A stretch of DNA of 64,000 bases, from positions 62,868,001 through 62,932,000 of the forward strand of contig OX597823.1 in NCBI GenBank assembly GCA_951406725.2, written 5' to 3'. Made by a program: the position numbers and the translations under genes. Positions 37,441-51,917 of this stretch are shown here, in pieces. This DNA is from Octopus vulgaris (taxonomy: Eukaryota). How positions within the stretch are numbered: the first letter of the stretch is position 1; every line of letters starts with the position of its first letter. The notes below the pieces were generated by a model, which did not search any database, was not told where the DNA came from, and worked only from the letters and a program-made list of their open reading frames with translations.

Positions 37441-37618
37441 ATATACATACATAGTCATTCAGATTACGTCATTCAGATTATTGAGCTAGCATAGTGGCTG
37501 TGTATATGTGAACGCATAAGTAATAAACGCAAGTAATAAAAGGCATAATAGGTATTAGTTTGAAGTGGTCTGAGTGCCAAAATAAAGAAAGTAGGTATTA
37601 GTTTGAAGTTGATGGGGT

Positions 37619-37706
<88 letters not shown>

Positions 37707-38320
37707 TGAAACAGCCAAGTGTGTGTGTGTAATTGTAGAATTGCGAAAGATTTGTATGATCATGTGTGTTTTCTTGAGCATAGTGTCTCTATATTTGAAA
37801 GTAAACTGAGTTGGCAGTTCATTGCGTGCGATATGAAAGTTTCAAGGGAGCAAATATGTTGTCTTTCGTTTCGTAGGAAAGAGAGCGTTCTTCTGGCGTG
37901 CAAGAGAAGCTCAAAACGGAGAGAAGCCGGATATTATGGTTTGCTGCTCCAAAATCTGAATGTGAAATGCAAATAGTATTTTGTTATCGAGTTTGATATT
38001 CTTAAAGTGCTCAGAGGCTATTTCGACTAGTTTTCTACAAGTTTGTCTGCGGTTCATCGATCTGCCTACTAAGCGGTTTAAGCAGTATGTATGTTTCTCG
38101 GTGGTACTGATAAAACAGACCTTTTTATCTGTACCTACAATATATATTGCTTGAAAAATGTTTGCTGATCGGTTTACATTGAAAAACTAATCAGACATTA
38201 ACCGACGGATTTACAAAGAAACTTAGGGACATGCTAATAATGATATACCGGATGACGGATTAAGTCTATCTCCCAAGCAAGCGACAGCGGTTTCTAAACT
38301 GCGTCATCTTATTCTCCATT

Positions 38321-38390
<70 letters not shown>

Positions 38391-38461
38391 AGATATAAAT
38401 AAAAATGGAGAATTATACATCCCCAAATACTTGTTAATTACGGTAGTATGTACGAGGTGGA

Positions 38462-38820
38462 AGGCGGCGAGCTGGACGAATTATTAGCACGCCGGGCGAA
38501 ATACTTAGCGGTATTTCGCATGCCGCTACGTTCTGAGTTCAAATTTCGAGGTCGATTAAATAAGTACTAGTTAGGCCCTGGGGTCGATATAATCGACTTA
38601 ATCCGTTTGTCTGTCCTTGTTTGTCCCGTCTGTGTTCAGTCCCTTGTGGGTAGTAAAGGAATAGGTATTTCGTCTGTTTTTACGTTCTGAGTTCAAATTC
38701 CGCCGAGGTCGACTTTGCCTTTCATCCTTTCGGGGTCGATAAATTGCGTACTGGGGTCGATCTAATCGACTGGCCCCGTCCCCCAAAATTTCGGGCCTTG
38801 TGCCTAGAGTAGAAAAGAGT
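38462..38820 (+). mobile_element. SINE family A. Other copies at about 132-330, 20605-21030, 41345-41525, 42120-42345(-), 50263-50450
   Basis: Recurrent ggcgagctggcagaa...gagttcaaattccgccgaggtcgactttgcc. Confidence 0.85.
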
Positions 38821-38823
38821 ATA

Positions 38824-39100
38824 TACGAAGTGGTATCAAAAGGTTCTCAGACTACATATGCTGGAAAAAAAACGAAATATTTACCTAAACTTTAACAGCA
38901 TCTTCGAAATAGTTATTTTGTGCAGTAATACACCGGTCCCAGCGTACCTGCCACTTTTGGAATTTGGCCTGGAAGTCGTTTTCCGTAAGCAGGTCGAAGA
39001 CCTTCTGCGATTCAATCTGGATCTTGATAACGGTGTCAAAACAGCGACCTTTGAGCTGTATTTTCATCTTGGGGGAGGAAATGGAAGTCCGCAGGCAATA
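38824..39100 (-). mobile_element. Mariner 3' fragment
   Basis: LKGRCFDTV...FQKWQVRWDRCI...YFE; terminal tacgaagtggtatcaaaag. Confidence 0.8.
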
Positions 39101-39672
39101 AATCCGGCGAAAAGGGCGGATGAGAGACGAGATGGAGGTTTAATTTGAGGGAATTTTGGCTGATAATTTCCGCAGGTCGTCCGACAATGTACAGGCTACT
39201 TCACAGAAGTGGAAGTGGATAGAAGAATCGGGAGAAAGGAGAGTGGAAGAGATAAGCGAATGAACACAGGATAAAGATCCTCCCCGAGTCATATAGACTC
39301 ATAGACCCATAAGGACCGGTTTCCTGGTTTCTGTGGCGTATAAATTCCCTCGTGGGCGGGACGCCGAACAGTCGCAAGATTACTCATTTTTGCCAGCTGA
39401 GTGGACAGGAGCAACGTGAAACACAGTGTTTAGCTCAAGAATACAACGCATCTCCTGGACCAGAAATCGAAACTACAATCTTACGACTACAAGCCCGATA
39501 CTCTAACCACTAAGCCACATGCCTTCACTAATAAACAGAAGTTAAGGCAATTTTCTGACTATGCAAGATCTTAAGGCGGTTTTTATTTATTCTTTATAAT
39601 TTCAATTGCAGCGTGGAAGCCATTTAAGAAACACACAAAAACCGTTAGATTCACTTCAACATTTAAATTTAA

Positions 39673-39723
39673 TTTGCCAAAATATTTTCGTCGCTTTGAG
39701 ACCGCGACCTGTTCACTGACAAA
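39673..39723 (-). ncRNA. Variant hammerhead (G3-C8 core) in the left arm of the palindrome
   Basis: Mirror copy with a 7-bp helix I (tttgtca/tggcaaa). Confidence 0.6.
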
Positions 39724-39747
39724 ACTTCGTGCTGCATCTCGAAGTTG

Positions 39748-39794
39748 TGTCAGTGAACAGGTCGCGGTCTCAAAGCGACGAAAATATTTTGGCA
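39748..39794 (+). ncRNA. Variant hammerhead (G3-C8 core) in the right arm of a palindrome
   Basis: tgtca-GTGAACA-g-gtcgc[ggtctcaaa]gcgac-GAAA-ATATT-T-tggca. Confidence 0.6.
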
Positions 39795-41789
39795 AATTAA
39801 ATTTAAATGTTGAAGTGAATCTAACGGTTTTTGTGTGTTTCTTAAATGGCTTATAAACACCTTCCACGCTGCGATTGTTTTCGTTCCAGAACACGATCTC
39901 AGATCAGGTCACTTGCTATGCAAGTACATCTCCATTATAATTTCTTTTTGCAGAAAAGTAGATCTTCCGAGTTGTCAAAACGTTTTCCTGGAGCGGCACC
40001 GTGTGCTCTTGATCACTGCATCATCGCATATACCACTTGGCTTCATAGAAATGACTCTTCAACAAAAGCACTGTTAAGGATTTCTCAGCTACTCCCAAAA
40101 CTGCATATTCATTACGATTTATAAAACGACTAACTTCACCAAACGAAATTGCAAATGCTCATTTAATGAAACGCATACGTAAATGTAAATTTCAAATGCA
40201 ATACCCACATAAACACACACACACACACACGCACATACACGCATACATACATACGTATGTATGTATGTATGTATGTATGTATGTATGTATGTATGTATGT
40301 ATGTACTACGAAACCCTTTTCAAACGTCGCTAAAATCAACAGATTCAAAGTTTCCGCAATATAATCAGATACTTCCTTCTCTTCGTACATTTCGGAAATG
40401 GAATAAAAAGCAAAGAAAAATTATAAAAAGAACAAAAACCAGAAAAAAAGGAACATCATCATCTACACTAAAACGCACTTAGGTAATAAATGGCGGACCA
40501 AATCACGTACAAACCAACCACACCATATACTATTTGCATTTAACCCTTCGTAGGCCGGCAGGTTTGGAATTACATGAGTAAGTGCGTGATAGAGAACAAG
40601 AAATTTAGTACCTTATAAGTGTATATTTGTAATTATTAGCGTTTAATGGAGGGAAATTAAAATATAATTTATTAACTGAAAAAAAAAAAAAAACCTTCAT
40701 TGAAAGAAATCAACATTTTTAATAGTTTTATAAACTATACATATAGCACTAAATATAAAATAAAAAAAAATTATTTAGTATATCGGGTCATACCAGTACA
40801 TTAACGAAGAAAATTGATTTATAGTTCATCAGAATATTTGAAAAAAGAACAGAAAAAAATAATTTCACAGAAGGCCAATGGGGTCCAGTTAGACCCCAAT
40901 GACCATATTTTATGCTATAACATTCATATGATTGGAAATTTTTTATTCAAAATTTATAAGTGCATACTTAAACTATTGAGAGGCTGTGTGGTAAGTAGCT
41001 TGCTTACCAACCACATAGTTCCGGGTTCAGTCCCACTGCGTGGCACCTTGGGCAAGTGTCTTCTAAGGCCTATTACAGGAAAAGAAAAAGTTCTTGTTAT
41101 GCTTGTACAACTGAAATTTATGAAATTCAGTGTATTAAGAAACCAATAATGAACCCAGCATTTTCTAATTGCTGGCATGAAACTTATAAAACATCTAAAT
41201 ACTATAAGCATATAATATATCCCGATAAATATAACAAAAACCTTTCTTTTGTGTGTCCTCCAAACTGCCTTACATACGTGCCTAACTTTCGATTTTATAG
41301 ATCTATATATTCTAGAGTAAAACCAAATATTATTCCCGCAAAAATTTGAGCTGGTAGAAACGTTAGCACGCCGGGCAAAATTAGCGGTTTTTCGTCCGTC
41401 TTTCATGTTCCCTGAGTTCAAATTCCACCGAGGTCGACTTTGCCTTTCATCCTTTCCGGGTCGGTAAAATAAGTACTAGTTAGACACTGGTAACGATGTA
41501 ATCGACTCATCCCCACCTCCCTCAAACTGCCCCTGTGGAAAATAATAAAAATTACTAGCTGGACCCGTGAAAAATTCACGGAAAACATAAAAAATGTAAG
41601 CATCTATAAACAGTGTACTGGTACCATGAGAAATGTTTGCATATTATGACCGCCTGTCTTTACTTTCTCAGTTCAAATTCTTCCGAGAGCGACTTCACCT
41701 TTTGTCCTTTTGGAGTCGATAAATTATGTACCAGTTGTGTACTGGAGTCGATCTAATCAATTACAATTATATTTATTAGTATCGCAACC

Positions 41790-42120
41790 ATTATTTTAAC
41801 TAGTATAGTTACTATACATGGTAAATTATGTTTCTTAAATCGTTTAAACATATATTTTGTCCAGTGTTGACATCTCATAGCCTGTTCCTTTCTAGTGTTT
41901 ATAACAGTAAATTTAGAAGTGAAAATTAGGTACATTACTTCCTCACAAAGGTCATGTCTATTATCACCTATTCTATAAGGGTTTGGCTTTCTAATTATTT
42001 CCAAGCAATCGAGTATACTTTCGCTGGTAGTATTCATTTTGTTCCAATTTGCAAACGAACTTAAATGAGTGGCAAATCTCTGCTTAATATAACACGAGTT
42101 AGCTCCTATATATATTTCTT
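41790..42120 (-). mobile_element. Penelope-like GIY-YIG C-terminal fragment, distinct family
   Basis: IYIG...IKQRFATHLSSF...PNPY...DLCEE...INTRKE...RCQH, matching the Penelope C-terminal pattern. Confidence 0.7.
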
Positions 42121-42964
42121 TACTACCCACAGGGGGCTAAACACAGAGGGGACAAACAAGAACAGACAAACGGATTAAGTCGATTACATCGACTCCAGTG
42201 CGTAACTGGTACTAAATTTATCGACCCCGAAAGGATGAAAGGCAAAGTCGACCTCGGCGGAATATGAACTCGGAACGTAACGACAGACGAAATACGGCTA
42301 CGCATTTCGCCCGGCGTGCTAACGTTTCTGCCAGCTCGCCGCCTTCCTATATAGAAATGCAATGGAGATCGTGCTAGTGTTGTCGTTCATTGGTAGTGCT
42401 GTTATTCTAGTTTGCTGCTTATAGGGATTGGAAAACCGTTAAGCCACAGAACAAAACGTCTGGTGCCTATTTGTTGGAGCACATTATGCTCTGAGATCAA
42501 ACCCCTCTCAGGTCAACTTCGCCTTTTATCCCTCTGGAATCGATAAAATCAAGTTCCAGTGAAGCACTGAAGTCGATTTAATCGACCAACTTCCTCACCA
42601 CAAGTTTCAGGTTTTATGCCTATATTAGAAACTTTTGTTAATGGCTGTTATTATTGTTTCTCGACTCGTGAAAGATCTTAAGGACATCAATAGCAATCTT
42701 ACAAACTCAGCTATTTTCTCTCATGCAGGTCTCTGAAGTGGTTTATGGCTCACAATTTTGACTTTTGACGTCAGTTACTCACCAAATGTGTCGTTGTTAA
42801 AACTCTTCAACCCTATTTACAGCCACCCGACAATCCCTGCCTCCTCTCAGTGTTCAGAAGAAGTGTCTTGTCCGAAACACTACAACTCTTTCCCTTTCCC
42901 TCCCCCTCTGTCTCTCTTCCATCTTAAAACACGAACTTATTGTGAAATATCTTGTTAAACCTAC

Positions 42965-43670
<706 letters not shown>

Positions 43671-44212
43671 CTGCTTTTCCTAAAATTATAATCATTCAAA
43701 TTTACATCGCCTTTCTTTTGTCTCTAAATGGCAAATTCCCTGCCCTCTCCGCCTACTTATCAACTTCTCATACAACGGTTTTACTATTTAAACACACGTG
43801 GTCCCTCTAACGGCCATAGCTACTATAAGAAAAGTAGTCATTTCATCATAATCGGAAGTAAGATTATATATTTGAAATTGAAACGAAAGAATTACAAGGA
43901 AAAAGTTGCACAAATTTCACTTATAAAATTTTTAATTACTATTTCTTGCAGCTCGGGCGATTTTTGGCCGTATTGCTGAGCAATAAAAAAACTATTCGTT
44001 TTATGGTATCCAACCAAAGTTCACTCTTATGTTCAGCTATCACCTTTGTATGTATTTTAAATACAATTTCTGTTCAATTTCTCACTATCATCTGAAGATC
44101 AAAAGGAATATATTCGCTATAACAGTCCATGAAGTTTCAACTTCCAACAAAATATAAAACTCTATTCTTTATATTGAATCGTTTTTCTTTTCCCTTGCCC
44201 ACACTTGTTTAC

Positions 44213-44594
44213 GGAGTCGCAATGGCCCAGTGGTTAGGGCAGCGGACTCGCGGTCGTAGGATCGCGGATTCGATTCCCAGACCGGGCGTTGTGAGTGTTT
44301 ATTGAGCGAAAACACCTAAAGCTCCACGAGGCTCCGGCAGGGATGGTGGTGATCCCTGCTGTACTCTTTCACCACAACTTTCTCTCACTCTTACTTCCTG
44401 TTTCTGTTGTACCTGTACTTCAAAGGGCCGGCCTTGTCACTCTATGTGTCACGCTGAATATCTCCGAGAACTACGTTAAGGGTACACGTGTCTGTGGAGT
44501 GCTCAGCCACTTACACGTTAATTTCACGAGCAGGCTGTTCCGTTGATCGGATCAACCGGAACCCTCGTCGTCGTAACCGACGGAGTGCTTCCAC
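44213..44594 (+). mobile_element. tRNA-derived SINE family C. Near-identical copy at 53201-53583; variant with a different 3' half at 51236-51535
   Basis: A-box/B-box-like head tggcccagtggttagg...ggtttcgattccc; shared body. Confidence 0.85.
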
Positions 44595-44719
44595 TTGTTT
44601 ACACATGCACACACACACGCGCTCACTTGCGAACGTGTGTATGCATGCATGCATCCATCTCCCTTCCTCTCTCTCTCTCTCTCTGTATACACACGCACAC
44701 ACATACACACACACACACA

Positions 44720-44773
<54 letters not shown>

Positions 44774-45181
44774 GAATTACGAATTTATTTTCGGCAGTAT
44801 TAGGGTTGTCTCACGTGGGAAAAATTCTGGAGGGAGATATGAATTCACTTGTCTATATAAATGTGGATATGCTGATTAGCTTCTGTATGCCCCGATGTCG
44901 CCTGGTCGGAAATATGGAGGCATTTCTAGATTTATTTATCGGAATATTATGTTGATAAAGGAAATGAATCTTCGATTCTAATCCAGAAACGTGCGTCCAT
45001 AATTGACCGTGGACTGTTTGATTCGTTATTTTTCTTCGTCTTTTTGCCATAAAATGAGTTACAAATACTGTTGTCGATGGGGACATATTTTTGTAGTAAA
45101 AGAAATAACAGTCCTCTGGCTGCTATTTCTAATACTTTCGGTATGTGGTCTAGCAACTTGTTGCAAAGACCCTCATTGTTA

Positions 45182-45222
<41 letters not shown>

Positions 45223-45269
45223 ATGTATATGAGAACGAGAGATGACAAAGGAATAAATGATTACCTTAT

Positions 45270-45378
45270 GAACTTCATTAGCTTAAAGCTGTTTCTGCTA
45301 TAGGATGCAGTGGTCTCACAACTGAGTGCATGAATAACACCTTAGAGCTTCATCGGAGCCTCGAATATGAAGTTCAAT
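45270..45378 (-). ncRNA. Degenerate sister copy of the 9390 hammerhead
   Basis: ggct-CCGATGA-a-gct...tagc-a-GAAA-CAGCTT-TA-agct, flanked by tgaacttcat/atgaagttca. Confidence 0.55.
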
Positions 45379-46429
45379 TTATTTGGGAAAAAATTACATT
45401 TGTGCCTATATAGGGAACGGCCTCAATGGTGATAAAGTCAATACAGATGTATATAGGAAAAGTTTATGTCCCAAAATGGAAATATATGTGTATATACATA
45501 CGCACACAACTCTGAAAAATTTCAGTAACCAGGTCGCAGCTGGTACGGCGTAAAATTTTGACACCAAATAATAATTAAATGAAGTTAACAGTCTTTGTGT
45601 TTTTGAATGGCTAATGTGGGTCTTCTATGCTGTAATTGTTTTAGTTTCAACACAGTCTCAGATGAAATCAATAACCAGACAATAATGTACATCTCCAATA
45701 TATATTTCCGATGAAGTGCTATTCTCGAAACGTCACTCATATTTTTCTGACTAATACTTTCACTGAGCGTCAGTCTAATATATTCACTGTGTAAGTCCAA
45801 TTGACTTTTGATCTTTCTTGTTTTTTAAATTTTTAATTTGCCTACACACGCACAAACACACACACACACACGCACACACACACACATTTACCCACACAGT
45901 GAGAACTGTAATAGTTTTAGTGGTGATGATATTGGTAGGATGTTAGATAATCGAGGTGATGGTGGCGGTGGTAATAGTTTTGTTTTGGAAATGGTAAAGA
46001 GCTTTTGGTTAACAATTTATTAATTTTTGTGAATTGAAATTTATGAAAAAATATGGTATGATATAACACTTGCATCTTAGTGCAAGTAATTATTGTTGAG
46101 CAATTGTCGTCGCTGCTACCACTATTACGATGACAACCCACAACAAACTAACAATAACTGTCACAAACAACGAATAAATGCTATCGCCACCGCCAGCATT
46201 AGCTTCTGATTTGAGTTACTTCTCTTAGCGAGGGGCAAAATGTAGTTAGGAAAGTACTATTGTATTAATATACAGATATTCACCAAGAAATATTTGAAAT
46301 AGCAAATTGATTTTCCTGACTACAGACAGATATATCTCTATCTGTCTCTCTTCTTTGTTTGTTTCTTTCTTTTGTCCTTTTATTCGTTTCAGTCGTGTGG
46401 CTGCGGTCATGCTGGAGCACCACCGTGAT

Positions 46430-47900
46430 TTTGTACTTATATACACCATTCTTCTTTGGTTGATTATTTCAGGATGGTAGGATTTCCGCTCTTCCCTTGG
46501 TTGTCTGCCCAATTCGTGTATGAGAGAGCTTGATACTGCTGCCCTCATCCGTACCTCATGCCGGGCCATTGGCTCATCCGGTGTTGTTGAGAGGAGAATG
46601 TCCAGTTCCTTTTTGAAGACATTCACATCCACATTGTGTAGATTTCTTAATTTTTTTGTAGGGCATTGAAAATCTATGGGTCTTTGAACCCTAAGCTATT
46701 GGTCTTTTGGTACAATACAACGGCATCCAGTTCGGGTATTTGTATAAAACTCAATGCTGAAATTAGCTACTAGCCCTTTTAGAATTTTCCATATGTAGAT
46801 TATTACTTATCTGTTGCGTCTTAGCTTCGGGAGCAAAGTCGTAGTTTTCTCAGCTTCTCCCTGCAGCTCATGTACTGCACTGTTACAATCTTTTTAGTGT
46901 AGTGACGTTGGACCACTTCAAGCTCCGCGGTTAGTTCGGCATTATGTGGTGGCCATAGCTGAGAGTAGTAGTCCAGGCGGCTGAGAACAAAAGTCCTCCA
47001 CAGAGTCAACATGACTTCTTGGTTCCTTGTCTTGAAAGACCTTGGAATCCAGCCTTTCGGTTGTCTGCACTTTATTGCCATCTTGATAATGTGCATATGA
47101 AATGATGCATCGTTACACATACTGATCCCCATATCTCTCATTGTTGGTGACTCTGGGATTACGATGCCTTCGGGTCCTGTATACGCAGGCGGCAGTGCAT
47201 TTGTAAGCATATAGCGTACTGCTTGAAATGTTCCAGCATTAATCTGCATGTTGATTTCTTCAGCCCACTTGTATATTGCGTTTAGGTTCTGCTGCAAGCT
47301 TGCGACATTGTCTGGTTTCGATATTGCCTGTGATAATTATGTATCATCGACGTAGCCAGTGACAGTGGCTGTCCGAGTGACCATAGGCATGTCTAAGAGA
47401 GCTATTATAAATAGTAATGGCCCCAAGACAGTTCCTTGGGGGACGCCACTCAGAATTTATGTTTCCTCAGAGAGGAAGTCATGCAACAACTCCCCCAATT
47501 ACTAGCTGTGCCAAAGTCTCGCAGCTTGAGACATATTATGCCATGACCTACCTTATCAAAGGCCTTTACGAGGTCAAGATATATTACACTGACGTCTGAA
47601 TGGTCAAACATCTGTTTCAAAACTCAGTCATAGTGCCGTAAGAGCTGTGTATCGTGCAGTAAATAATTTTCTTCTAGGAGCATTATCAATTTCTTTCTGA
47701 TGATTCGTTCCATGACTTTACTGACATGTGAAGTTGGAGAGATTGGCCTGCAGTTTATAGGCTTTGCTCTACTTCCACCTTTGTGGATAGGGCATATAAT
47801 ATCTTCTCTTTTAGCTTTTTAGGAAGCTTACCACTTGCAAGGAAATTCTGGAAAAGCATCTCAAATGGTTTCACATAGCAGAGAGCAATTCGAGGGATAT
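46430..47900 (-). mobile_element. Degraded CR1-like LINE ORF2 (reverse transcriptase)
   Basis: KAFDKVGHG, GVPQGTVLGPLLF, YVDD, SRLDYYSQLW, VQRHYTKKI. Confidence 0.85.
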
Positions 47901-49084
47901 TTGGTTGCTATTCCTAGCAAATCGGGTGATTGCGTAGAGACTCTCCCACCCCACCGGAAATTTATACAAATGATTGTTTAACCTTTATAACAGCAGTGGT
48001 TTAAATAAGAGTATTGGTCATAGGAGAAAGTTAATCTGGTATTAATTTGCAAATATCGCCTCTTTAAGACTAATTAAAAAATAAAATACCTAACTGCTTC
48101 TTTTATGCCATCAAAATCAATGCTTCTTTTATCAATGCCAGTGGAATTCGAATCTAGAAAAAGGTAATCTTGAAAAAACAAAATGCAAGGTAGTGAGACG
48201 TCAATGTATGGTAAGGATTTTGAAGGATCATGTTAATAATCGTTATATCATCATGGAAAAACTTGGGAGTAGTCTCCAAGATAATTATAAAACTATAATA
48301 GGGGAATGACTTTAAAAATAATGTGATAATAATAATACCATAATTATGATGAGATAAGTTCGCACTTACCTAAACTATTCAACTAATCGACACATGTAAT
48401 TTTATCCCTTGTGATTAACTATAGCTATTTTATTGGGTAAGTACTACAGATTGGGGATAATTGTATTCTATAGCCAATTGATTACATTACATGATTTTCC
48501 CGCCACAAACTACTTTATTGACGTAGCTAGTGCAATCTTTTCTAAAAATGAATGAACGCTAAAAAATTTACATTTCTCTTCTATAAATCAATATAGAAAA
48601 ATTCGTTTAATAAATTTAATTTGTTCCTGAAGGCCATTCGTCACCCGAAATGTTCGTAAACCGAAACTGTTTTCCCCACTGGAAATTCAAGAGAAGGTAC
48701 GGCAAATTCGAACAGGAATTTACAATAAGCGAAAGACAATAACTGACACTTTCCCGTTGATATCCACGGTTTGTTGCCAATCGCTGTCGCCGGCTTGTAA
48801 GTTCGTTTGTAAACTGAGGTTTCACTCTGCTTTGAAAATGAAAACCACAAACGTCACTTGCTAAAAGTAATCTCTCTCGTCTGGACCACACCATGAACAC
48901 AGTTTCGATTCTTCTTTATGCCTACTTCAATTCAATAACGATAAAAAAGCTTTTGATAAATTGGTAAACCACGGACGTTTACATTTTGCTTCTATATTCA
49001 TGTGTCATTCTCACAGGCATCGCGAACCATGGGTTTCTGCATCTTCCTATTCCCCACACAACACTTTAACAATGGTTTCATATT

Positions 49085-49890
49085 TTGGCACAAGGCCAGC
49101 ATTTTGGGGGAAGGGTATAAGTCGATTACATTAACCCCGGGGTTCAACTGGCACTTATTTTATCGACCCAGAAAGGATGAACGGCAAATCTGAACTCGGC
49201 GGAATTTGGACGCAGAACGTAAAGACGGACGAAATGCCACTAAGAATTTTGCCCGGCGTGGTGACGATTCTGCCAGCTAGCCGCCTTCATTCATAATAAT
49301 AATCCTTTCTACAATAGGCACAAGGCCTGAAATTTTTTTTGGGGGAGGGGACTAATCGATTACATCGACCCAGTGTTTCACTGGTGCTTAATTTATCGAC
49401 CCTCGAAAGGATGAAAGGTAAAGTCGCCCTCGGCGGAATTTGAACTCAGAACGTAAAGTCGGACGAAATGCTGCTCAGCATTTCGCCCGGCGTGCTAATG
49501 TTTCTTATTTCTTTATTGCCCACAAAGGGCTAAACATAGAGGGAACAAACAAGGACAGACAAACGGATTAAGTCGATTACATCGACCCCTGTGCGTAACT
49601 GGTACTTAATTTATTGACCCCGAAAGGATGAAAGGCAAAGTCGACCTCGGCGGAATTTGAACTCAGAATATAGCAGTAGACGAAATACCTATTTCTTTAC
49701 TACCCACAAGGGGCTAAACACAGAGAGGACAAACAAGGACAGACAAACGGATCAAGTCGATTATATCGACCCCAGTGCGTAACTGGTACTTATTTAATCG
49801 ACCCCGAAAGGGTGAAAGACAAAGTCGACCTTGGCTGAATTTGAACTCAGAACGTAGCGGCGTGCTAACGTTTCTGCCAGCTCGCCGCCA
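49085..49890 (-). mobile_element. Head-to-tail cluster of SINE family A units
   Basis: Four to five partial units in the same orientation. Confidence 0.8.
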
Positions 49891-50713
49891 TACCTGGCAC
49901 ATTAAAAATGTCAACCTTTCTTAAGTTATTTGGTAAGACAATCGAATATCTTCTCTTTCCTCTTCCTTTTAACTTTCCCGGTTATCACAAAGAGCTCAGG
50001 ATTACCTTTTACCTTTTGATGGCCTTTGCTTGTCTGAGGACTTCTATGTTTGTCACTCTGTCTGCATAGGATATATTCGGCATTCGTCTAGCGAACCACA
50101 TCCCTGCAGTATTCTAAGTGTTTATTTGTTAATGTTCCTTGTTACACAACCATTTACCTTTATATAGGTCAACGTTTTCGATTGCTATGAGATTGAAACT
50201 ATGCTGTACTATAAAAAACAAAACAAAAACAAAAACAATAAAAAGGTGGGGATACATTAAAGTGGCGAGCTGGCAGGATCATTAGCATGCTGGGAAAATG
50301 CTTAGCGTTCTGATTTCAAAATACACCGAGATCGACTTTACCTTTCGTCCTTTCCGGGTAGATAAAATAAGTACCAGTTGTGTACTGGAGTCAATCTGAT
50401 CCACTTACCCCTTCTCCTGAACTTGTTAGCCTTGTGCCAAAATTTGAAACCAATATTTTGGATTGTTACTCAATGACGTAGAAGTAGGTTTTCAACGTCA
50501 CAAACTCTGACATAATCCTGCAGTGTGTGCCTGTGACGTGAACTTAAATTCACAAATTTACGGTTGTATTCCGTCCAGTCGGGTCAGATGGTGCCATATC
50601 CAGTTGTGACATTTGGAAAGTTAAAGTGACAACCCAAAGTGCCACCTTAAAAGAAAGTTCGTTTTCTTATTTTTTTTAGTATCCTTACTTATAAGTTCAA
50701 ATCCTTTAGGAAA

Positions 50714-50798
<85 letters not shown>

Positions 50799-51140
50799 GA
50801 CTGTCTCTCTGTCTGTCTGTCTGTCTATCAATCTATCTATCTGCTTTTCCTAAAATTATAATCATTCAAATTTACATCGCCTTTCTTTTGTCTCTAAATG
50901 GCAAATTCCCTGCCCTCTCCGCCTACTTATCAACTTCTCATACAACGGTTTTACTATTTAAACACACGTGGTCCCTCTAACGGCCATAGCTACTATAAGA
51001 AAAGTAGTCATTTCATCATAATCGGAAGCAAGATTATATATTTGAAATTGAAATGAAAGAATTACAAGGAAAAAGTTGCACAAATTTCACTTATTAAATT
51101 TTTAATTACTATTTCTTGCAGCTCGGGCGATTTTTGGCCG

Positions 51141-51193
<53 letters not shown>

Positions 51194-51532
51194 TGTGCGT
51201 GCGTGTGTGTGTGTATGTGTGTGTGTGTGTATTGTGGAGGCGCAATGGCCCAGTGGTTAGGGCAGCGGACTCGCGGTCGCAGGATCACGGTTTCGATTCC
51301 CAGACCGGGCGTTGTGAGTGCTCATTGAGCGAAAAGACCTACAGCTCCACGAAGCTTCGGCAGGGGGCGGTGGCGATCGCTGCTGTACTCTTCCGCCACA
51401 ACTTTCTCTTACTCTTTCCTCTGTTGGCCCGCTCGCTTAGCCAGCGGGGTGGCGTCATTTGAAGGCTAAAACAATGCGAAGCGCATTGTGACCAGCGATA
51501 TGTAGCAGCATCTGATGGCCTGGTCGGTCACG

Positions 51533-51580
<48 letters not shown>

Positions 51581-51917
51581 TATGAATATGAATATTACAA
51601 CTTCACAATTTACACTTCCGTACAAAGTATACGGCATTTTGTATCTTGTGAACAGAAGCAAGTGATTTAGTATTCGATGGTGATATGTAATATATTTAAT
51701 TAGTGTTATCTTGTTAAGCAGTTCATTAAATATAACAGCAACTATGATAGGCTGTAACATTAATTCACTTGTGTGTTTAGTGAACGTAACAAAATGTTTG
51801 AGAACATGATTTAGATGTGTGCAATGCACCGTGTATAATTTTATGTGGATTCGTTATTCCGTAGTTGCTGCAGTTTAGAGAATATGTATTTATGTGTAAA
51901 GGCATACCTTATATGTA

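Noticed and set aside
37860-37990. Strong acceptor-like site (tcgtttcgtag) followed by short open frames
   Set aside because: No donor or homology, and no partner exons found.
44213-44290. tRNA-like sequences (also 51236, 53201 and other SINE heads)
   Set aside because: They continue into shared SINE bodies and do not form complete cloverleafs.
48616-48900. Non-repetitive segment with a 94-aa minus-strand ORF
   Set aside because: No recognisable domain or splice context; it could be regulatory but the sequence does not support that.
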